Assembly: GCA_043745805.1 (NCBI GenBank)
Contig: JAYTSD010000026.1
Span: 1-18,214, forward strand
Length of the DNA stretch: 18,214 nt
From: Fibrobacteria bacterium
Lineage (GTDB): Bacteria; Fibrobacterota; Fibrobacteria; UBA11236
Reading direction: 5' to 3'
The translations under genes and the position numbers were made by a program. Below, one piece after another: positions 7,596 through 15,500 of this stretch. The notes beneath the pieces are model-generated. The model did not search any database. It saw nothing but the letters and a program-made list of their open reading frames with translations, and had not been told where the DNA came from. The first letter of the stretch is position 1. Each line of letters starts with the position of its first letter.

Positions 7596-8351
7596 TTAAT
7601 TTTTTTGGAAAATAACCGTTTCACCTGTGCACAAAAGTTCGGTCAATAGCGGCACATAAAAATTGGGTAACTTACATGTTGGCAATCCGAATTTATAAAA
7701 ATAGTCGGGACGAAATAAATGCTTCTCTTGCAATAAAATTTTTACCGGCAACTTACGTAACATATTTTTAAAACCTAAAACCGATAATTTTGTTTTCCAA
7801 ACTGTATCAATATCAATACTTATTTGCTGAGCACTTTTATAACTATTTCCCTGCATATGCAAAAGTTTGCGAAATTTTTTTTCCGGAAACAATTGTAACC
7901 AAGGCACATTTGCAAAAAACCCAGCTCCATTTTGTTGATGCCCTCCAAAGGGAGAATAAAACGGAGAGTAACTTAAATAAACAAAGCCACCTGGCTGCAA
8001 CAAGGATAAGGCCAGATTTAAAGCCTTTTCCGGATCAATAATATGTTCTAAAACATCACGCATAAAAATTGCATCAAAAGGTTTGTGATCAAAAGTAAAA
8101 AAATTTGCTTTTTTAAAATCAAGTTTCGCATGACTTTGCTGTTTGGCTTGCGCTAGCATTTCTTCATCAGTATCAATACCCAAACCGTTGCTTAAGCTAT
8201 AGCCCTCTGCCATAGCCTCCAAAACACCGCCATGGCCACATCCCACATCCAGAATGGATTTATTATTAAGCGATAAATTACACTGTGTTAAAGTGGGGAT
8301 AACAATTTCTTTGCCTAAAGTTTTTTCATATATAAAGTAGTTTTCAAGCAT
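7596..8351 (-). CDS. Class I SAM-dependent methyltransferase, substrate unknown
   Basis: ILDVGCGHGG, GIDTD, FDAIFMRDVLEHI and LLQPGG. The start is either 8366 or 8351; 8351 is preferred because AAGG lies 5 nt upstream and 8366 abuts a predicted -10. Confidence 0.88.
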   Translation of the reverse strand: MLENYFIYEKTLGKEIVIPTLTQCNLSLNNKSILDVGCGHGGVLEAMAEGYSLSNGLGIDTDEEMLAQAKQQSHAKLDFKKANFFTFDHKPFDAIFMRDVLEHIIDPEKALNLALSLLQPGGFVYLSYSPFYSPFGGHQQNGAGFFANVPWLQLFPEKKFRKLLHMQGNSYKSAQQISIDIDTVWKTKLSVLGFKNMLRKLPVKILLQEKHLFRPDYFYKFGLPTCKLPNFYVPLLTELLCTGETVIFQKN

Positions 8352-8366
8352 TATAACCTTGAGCAT

Positions 8367-8396
8367 AGCTTAAGCCGATTTTGACCTCATTGTCAA
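8367..8396 (-). promoter_or_regulatory. Putative sigma70 promoter of the methyltransferase-deacetylase operon
   Basis: TTGACA (8396-8391), 18-nt spacer, TAAGCT (8372-8367). Confidence 0.45.
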
Positions 8397-8561
8397 GCTT
8401 CGCAAGCTAAGGAAGGGCGTATTTAGGTTTAATTTATCGACACCTTTTATACCTGCTTGATTCATCCTCATTGGTAAACCATAAATACTTGCCCCAATTC
8501 AGCATGCAAAAGACAAAGCCCATAAAAGGTCTTATTTTAAAGACATCACTTAGGAGCATAT

Positions 8562-9449
8562 ATGGAATTCCCACAGGCAAGAAGTATTGAAAAAATTATT
8601 GATAGCGTGCGCACGCTAGAAGGTGGCGGATTTATGGTACGTCGCCCCTTCCCTACACAAACTTTAAATTTTTATGATCCTTTTCTCTTACTCGATGAAA
8701 TGGGCCCTATGGATGTAGATCCAGGTGAAGCCAAAGGCGCTCCCGATCATCCTCATCGCGGCTTTGAAACCGTCACTTATTTATTATCCGGAAGTATGGA
8801 GCATAAAGACTCGCAAGGTCATGCAGGCAAATTAACTCCCGGCGATGTACAATGGATGACCGCGGGATCTGGAGTAATACATTCGGAAATGCCTACCACT
8901 GAAATGTTAACAAAAGGCGGTCGAATGCATGGCTTTCAGCTGTGGGTTAATTTGCCGAGCACGCATAAAATGATGAATCCACGTTATCAAGAAATCCCAT
9001 CCTCAAATATTCCTTTAGGTAAAAGTGCAGATGAACTCGCATGCGTATATGTTATTGCTGGAGAAGCTTTAGGTGCAAAAGCTATTATTAATACTATTAC
9101 TCCCATTAGCTATTTACATTTTATTATCAAACCTGGAGGCTCTGTTTCACAAAAAATACCCGCGAATCACAATGCTTTTGTCTATGTGTTTTCGGGTGAC
9201 GGCTTATTTGGTGAAGAGAAAAAATTAGGTGTCGAAGGAGAGATGATTATTTTTAAGCCAGATGGTGAAAATATTATTTTTTCGGTGCCCCCTGAAAATC
9301 ACGAAGAAATGCAAGTATTACTGCTTGCCGGGCAACCTTTGAATGAGCCAGTACTGCGCTATGGCCCCTTTGTGATGAATACCAAAGAAGAAATTTTGGA
9401 AGCTGTTTCCGATTATCAAAATGGAAAAATGGGTGTTATACCCGCTTAA
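8562..9449 (+). CDS. Pirin family bicupin protein
   Basis: DPFLLLDE, HPHRGFETVTY, HKDS, QWMTAGSGVIHSE, QLWVNLP and YGPFVMNT. AGGAG SD at 8552-8556. Confidence 0.96.
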   Translation: MEFPQARSIEKIIDSVRTLEGGGFMVRRPFPTQTLNFYDPFLLLDEMGPMDVDPGEAKGAPDHPHRGFETVTYLLSGSMEHKDSQGHAGKLTPGDVQWMTAGSGVIHSEMPTTEMLTKGGRMHGFQLWVNLPSTHKMMNPRYQEIPSSNIPLGKSADELACVYVIAGEALGAKAIINTITPISYLHFIIKPGGSVSQKIPANHNAFVYVFSGDGLFGEEKKLGVEGEMIIFKPDGENIIFSVPPENHEEMQVLLLAGQPLNEPVLRYGPFVMNTKEEILEAVSDYQNGKMGVIPA

Positions 9450-9462
9450 AAATATCTCCACA

Positions 9463-9492
9463 AAAAAAGGCAGTTTTTACACTGCCTTTTTT
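9463..9492. terminator. Bidirectional intrinsic terminator between the convergent pirin and giant TPR genes
   Basis: AAAAAAGGCAGT-ttttac-ACTGCCTTTTTT: a perfect 12-bp inverted repeat with a T-tract on both strands. Confidence 0.9.
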
Positions 9493-9527
9493 ATTTGTAG
9501 TAAAATTTAATACCCTAAAGCAATAAA

Positions 9528-12500
9528 CTATTTATACTCCGCAGGAATTAAATCTTCGTCGCCACCGTGTTTCTTAAAGGTTTTGAAAAACTCTTTAGCT
9601 TCCTTCTTATTGTATTTTTTATCGGCAACCATGGCGATATAATAGTATGGAAAAGGTTCATCCGGACAAATCGAAATAGCATAATTGCTATTTCGACGTG
9701 AAGACTCATAATTTCCCATTAAATAATTCACCTTTGCTGAGCTGACTAATAAAGGACATGAGTTAGGACTTTCAGCTAAAGCTTTTTTTACCAATTGCGA
9801 AGCTTCAGCCTTTTTGTTTTGAGCCAGTAACACAGAAGTTGCGGAAGAAATAGTATTCGGCTCCTCGGGATCTAACTGCAGGGCTTTTTTAGCCCAAGAA
9901 TCCGCATCACCTAATTTTTTCATACGCAAAGAATTTCTTGATAACAAAGCCATGGCTTCTGCATTAGGTTCTGCAGTTATACTCTTTTGTGCGAAATTAT
10001 CTACAGCTTCTAGTTTCTTTTCCACCTCAAACGCTAAGGCAATTCCTAAAAATCCCTTTGCTTGCCATGAGGGATTAGCATGCTGAGAAAGTTCTTTAAA
10101 AAACTGCTGAGCCCCTTTGCTATCCCCTGATTTAAGCAGGCATAAGCCCAAATGATAAACTGCATCCATTTGATCGGGATTGTATTTTAAAGCATTATCA
10201 AATTGCTTTTTGGCTTTTTCATAATTTTGTTCTTCAAAATAACTGAGTCCTAAATAATTATAATAAGCCGGATTCTTATTATTAATCTTCACCAACTTTT
10301 CCAAAATATCTCGCGCCTTACCCGCTTCATGTAAAGCCAATCGCGCTTTCGCTAAAGTAAACTGCACATTTTCATTGGATTTATATTCTGAGGCTTCAAT
10401 TACTCTGGCCGCTTCTTTAGGATTTCCTTTATTAACCTGTAACTCAGTGAGCTTTGCTAATACTAAAGCCGAAGGTTCTTTTTGATACGCTGCATTAAAT
10501 ACCGTTAGGGCTTGATCATTTTTCCCTGCACCCATCAAGCAATCACCGTACATTAATTTTCCGTTAGCAGAAAGCTGGGAATTAATAGGTTCGAGTAAGC
10601 GCGAGGCTTGCGCATAATCTTCCTTACCAAAATATAAGCGCGCTAAGGCTTCTGAATAATCAGCATTTCCTGGAGCCGCTTGCAAAGCCTTTTTAAAATA
10701 ATCTTCTGCTACGCCATTTTGATTCCGTTCCGTGGCGAATTGACCCAACCAAAAATAGGCTAAGTGATTACGAGGATCTTTTTGCACCAGTTGATTGAGT
10801 AAGCTTTCGGCTTGCTCTAAATCACCTTCTTCTTTGTAAATACGAGCTAAGCTAGTCATTAGCTTAGGACTTTTTTCACCCAAATCTAAAGCCCTTTGTA
10901 AAGCCTTCTTCGCTTCACTCGTTTTCTTTAGTTCAATTAAGCAAAAACCATAATTAGTCCAAACGTCTTTATCATTCGCATCATTTTCAGATAAGCGACG
11001 AAACAAAGCAGCAGCTTCGCGATATTTTTTATCGGCAAAATAAGTTGCGGCTAAAGGTCCACCTGCCTCCACATTATTCGAATCCAAACGAATCACATCC
11101 GCATAAGCCAAATTCATTTCGTTATTATCATGAATTTCTTTAGCGAGCTCCATTTCAATTATGGCGACTTGCAAGTTACGATTATCTAATTTGAAAGCTT
11201 TTTTATAAGCATCTAATGCGGATTTACTACGCTTTAAATTACGATAACCCTCACCCAAATAACGCCAAGCAATGGCACTATCCGCGTACTTGTTGACGCC
11301 TATTTCTAACATTTTCACGGCGCGCAAATATTCTTTACGTTGAGCGAGAATTAAACCCAAATTCATGTTCACCGCAGGTTGATTCGGCAGTTTGAGCAGA
11401 ATAGCATTATAAAGTGTTTCTGCTTTTTTCACATCCCCTTTACCACGATAAAATTCTGCCAATTCAATTTTATATTCCACATTTTGCGGTTCCGAACTAA
11501 TCAAGCGTTCTAACGAGGACATTACGCCTTCGCCATTATTGTCCTTTTTATATAATCCGTATAAATCAACGAGAATACTATTGTCCTTGGATTTGGAATA
11601 ATAGGTTTCATAAGTTTGAATAGCTCTTGCATATTGTTTGTTTTCCACTAATGCTTTGGAAAGCAATTTTAATATTTCTGGTTTATTCATTTCCCCATGT
11701 TCAAAATTTTCTATTGCGCCGGTCCAATTTTTTTCATCAAAATAGATACGGCCCAAATAGGTATAAGATTCTTCGGTAGCGGAACGACGATTAAAGGCTT
11801 CTAAAATTTCTTTCGCCTTTTTACGATTATTGGTTTCATAAAAAAGAATCGCTAAGGCCAAACTTTGCTTCGATTCTTCCGGGAATTTCCTTAATAAGTT
11901 TTGTCCCAATAAACTGGCTTTTTCTTTTTGACTTTGTTTTAAGAAAGCATCTAAAAGAATAAAAGACATTTCAGCATTAAGTGAATCTTGGATACCTGGG
12001 CGTTCTAATAAACGCGTAACTTCGGCAGGTTGCTTGGCTTCCGATTCTAATTTTGCCAAGGCAAAAATAAAAGCACGATTTGCAGGCTTAAGTTGCACTA
12101 AAGTGCGTAGACGCTCGCGTGCAAGAGCCTTATTACCTTCTGCTTGATAAATACTATATAAAGCGTAAGCAATATATTCATCGGACTTTATAGTTTTGTC
12201 GGCTAACAATAAGGCAGGTTTAGCTTTATCATTTTGTGCCATACTGAACAGTAATAAACCGCATTCCTTTTGATAAATATTATTGGCAGGATTTAAAGTC
12301 ACGGCACGGGTAAATAAATTGAGAGCAATATCTTTCTTCCCGATTTTTTTGTTTGCCATTGCCGCTTTAAATGCAAGATCCGAATTCTTAGGATTAAGCT
12401 CGGAAGCTTTTTCATACACTTCGGCTAATTTTGCATCGTTATGTAATTCGCCGTAGCAATCAATCAGAATCATTAATGGTTTAGAATTACTGGTTTCAAG

Positions 12501-15500
12501 GTCTGCCCATCTTTGCAATAGTCCTGCGGCCACATCAAAGCGCTTAAGTAGGAAGGCGATTTCCCCTCCATTTTTAAGTGCCGCTAAATGATTGCGATCA
12601 CTATTTAAAATTTCTTGAAACAATTCCAAAGCCTTTGAGGTTTTGCCTAAAGTTTGTGCGTAAGCAAATTTTATGTCCAAATCTTTAGGGAAAGATTCAT
12701 AACCAATTTTGATAATATTTTCATTATAAGGTGAGGCATGTTCGCTGGAATATTTTACCACCTTATCATAAAATGGACGGTCTTGTTTACGAACCAATAA
12801 AGCTGAATAATAGGCTTCATTCGCAAAGGCGGGTTTTTTCGTAAAAGCATAAACATCAGCTGCAGGTTCTAAGAGTTGTTTATTGATTTTACTTTCACTG
12901 GCCAAGAATTTTTCAAATCCTGCAAGCTTTACTAAATCACCTAGCTTAAAGTATTGTTTCACCAAAATCACTTTGCCTTTTAAATAATCGGGATGTAGGC
13001 GCACCAATTTTTCAACGCCAGTAATGTCGCCGGAACGAATATAATCTAATTCTGCTAATTGAAATTCATAAGCAAGGTCAGGATTTTTAACCGCGGTTAA
13101 TCCCGATAAAGCTCGAACTAAACGAGTAGTATCTTTTTCCAAATCAGCAAGGTGTTGCATTGACTTCAAAGCCGCCATATCACTTCCATTGCGACTGACC
13201 CATTGATCATATTGTTCTAAAGCGCCACGATTATCTTTGGCCTTTTCTTTTTCTTGTGCCAATAACAATTGATAACTTTCGTATTTCGCGTCAATAGCTA
13301 CAATGCGACCCAAAGTGCTGACATAACCACTGTTATTTCCTTCTTGTTTATAAATAACGGCAATATTCTCTAGTAGTTTTATGTTCTGTGGCTCTGCTTT
13401 CAAACGATTTTCATATATGCCACGCGCCTTAGCAGTTTGACCCGACTTCATATAAGCATCGGCAACCATGGGTTCGGTATTGGCAAAATTAATATCCGCC
13501 TTTACAAAAAATTCAAATTCTCGTGATGCGCCAGCAAAGTCATTATTTAAAAAGAGCGACTGCGCTAATTTTTTACGTTCCTCAATACTTGGGGAATTAA
13601 GATTTAAGGTTTTATACAACTCTAAATTAGCCTTTATCGCTTCTTTAGAATTGATGCTCACCGCATAGGCTCGGGCATAACTAAGGTTCTTAGGCTCCAA
13701 TTGATAGGCCTTGCGGAATTTATCCGAACCTTCGCCTTCCATTTTCAATTTAGCTTCCGTATCTCCTAAACGATACCATATCAATGCATTCGTTGGGTAA
13801 CTTACCGCAGCCCGTAACAATGAATTTCTGGCTTCATTCCATTGACCCATTTTATAACGTAGCATTCCCAAATCCAATTCATACTTCGCTTTATTCACGG
13901 CATCTAATTGTACGAGCTTTTCCAAAACCTTGGCTTGATTTTCTTCCATGCCTGAGCGTTTACTCACTAAGGGAAGTAAAAAGGCGTACGCTTCACGTCC
14001 TGCTTTGGGATTTTTCGTTACATATTCCTGTGCATGATTAATAGTCGCTGTGGTATCCGTTGCTTTCAAATCCAATTCGGCCAAACGCATTCCCCCGTAT
14101 GGAGAATCGGGATCGAGTATTAATAATGAATTAATGGCCGCGCGTAATTTACTGTCATTCGCATGAGTTTGCAAATAGCTTTGCACTTGAATTTCACGAA
14201 TGGCTTTATCTCTTTCTTCCGTCGCTAAGAAGCGTTCGGCTAAATTTCCAGCGAGATCATAATTTTTAGCAGCGAATACATCTACAACCGCCGAACGCTG
14301 ACCTTTTAATAAGCCAGGGCTTTTAGCAAAAACATCGGCATAAAATTTTGCAGCGAGTAAACTATTTTTTTGTGCTGAATAACCACGCGCCACGAAAAGC
14401 ACTAATTCCGGTTTGGCATCCGGCTTTTGCGCTAAACTTTGTAAAGCGGTGAAATGTCGGGCAACTTGTTCATCACTAATTATAACCTGCGGTAATAAAC
14501 TCACATACTCCGCGTTTGCGGGTTGGGACTTTAAAGCTTTGCTTAAATAAACATAGCCCTTATCTTTGTCACCTTCGCTTGCATACATTTTCGCCAAGGC
14601 AAATTGTGCTTCATACGCTGTAGGGTCATTTTGATCAATGCGTAATAAAAGAGCACGCATGCCTTCTTTATTATTACCGGCATTTTGTATAGCAATAAGC
14701 TTGGTTTGAATGGCTTTATCTTTAGGATCTAAATCAAAAGCATGATTATAAGCATTGATGGCTTTATCCAAAATCTTTTGTTCTTCATAAAGCTTTGCTA
14801 AACGTAATACACCCTCTTTTTTATCTGGATTTAATGCAACAATTTTTTCGGTAGTTTCCAAAATTTTCGGTTTATTATTAGTGCGTGTATACACATCCAA
14901 TAAACGTTCCAATACCTGAGCATTTTTAGGCTCTAATTCCACCCATTTTTGCAGTAACGTAGCGGCTACATCTAATTTTTGCAAACTAAGGGCGATTTCT
15001 ACGGCATTCTTCAAAACAACCATATCCGTTTGATGCGCTAAGATATCTTGATAAATATCTAATGCTTGCGCCGTTTTTCCTAAACTATTGGCATAATCTG
15101 TTTTTAATCCATAATCATCGCTATAATTCTTGGAACCTATGGCTAACATTTCTGCAAGATAAGGTGAATGATTGGCCTTAGAATATTTATACGCCTTATC
15201 AAATAACCCTCTTTGTTTAGGTTTTGCTTTTACAGCTTCATAATAACTTGCATTGGCAAATAAAGGTTTTTTATGAAACGCTTGTAAATCAGCCAAAGGC
15301 TCAATCAACTCTTTATCGGTTTTCGATTCCAACATTAAAAACGATTCCAGTGGTGCCAATTTTGTCCAAGCGTTTTGACGAATATATTCGCGGGCCAAAA
15401 TTTTCTTCCCTTGTATATATTCCGGATGCAACTTCACTAATTTTTCAATTTCAGCTGGAGAACCCGATCGTTTAAAATCCAATTCAGCAAGCTGGAACTT

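Noticed and set aside
6742-8041. ORFs 6742-6996 (-), 7212-7406, 7342-7584 and 7790-8041 (+)
   Set aside because: Out-of-frame or antisense overlaps with the deacetylase and methyltransferase genes, with no motifs.
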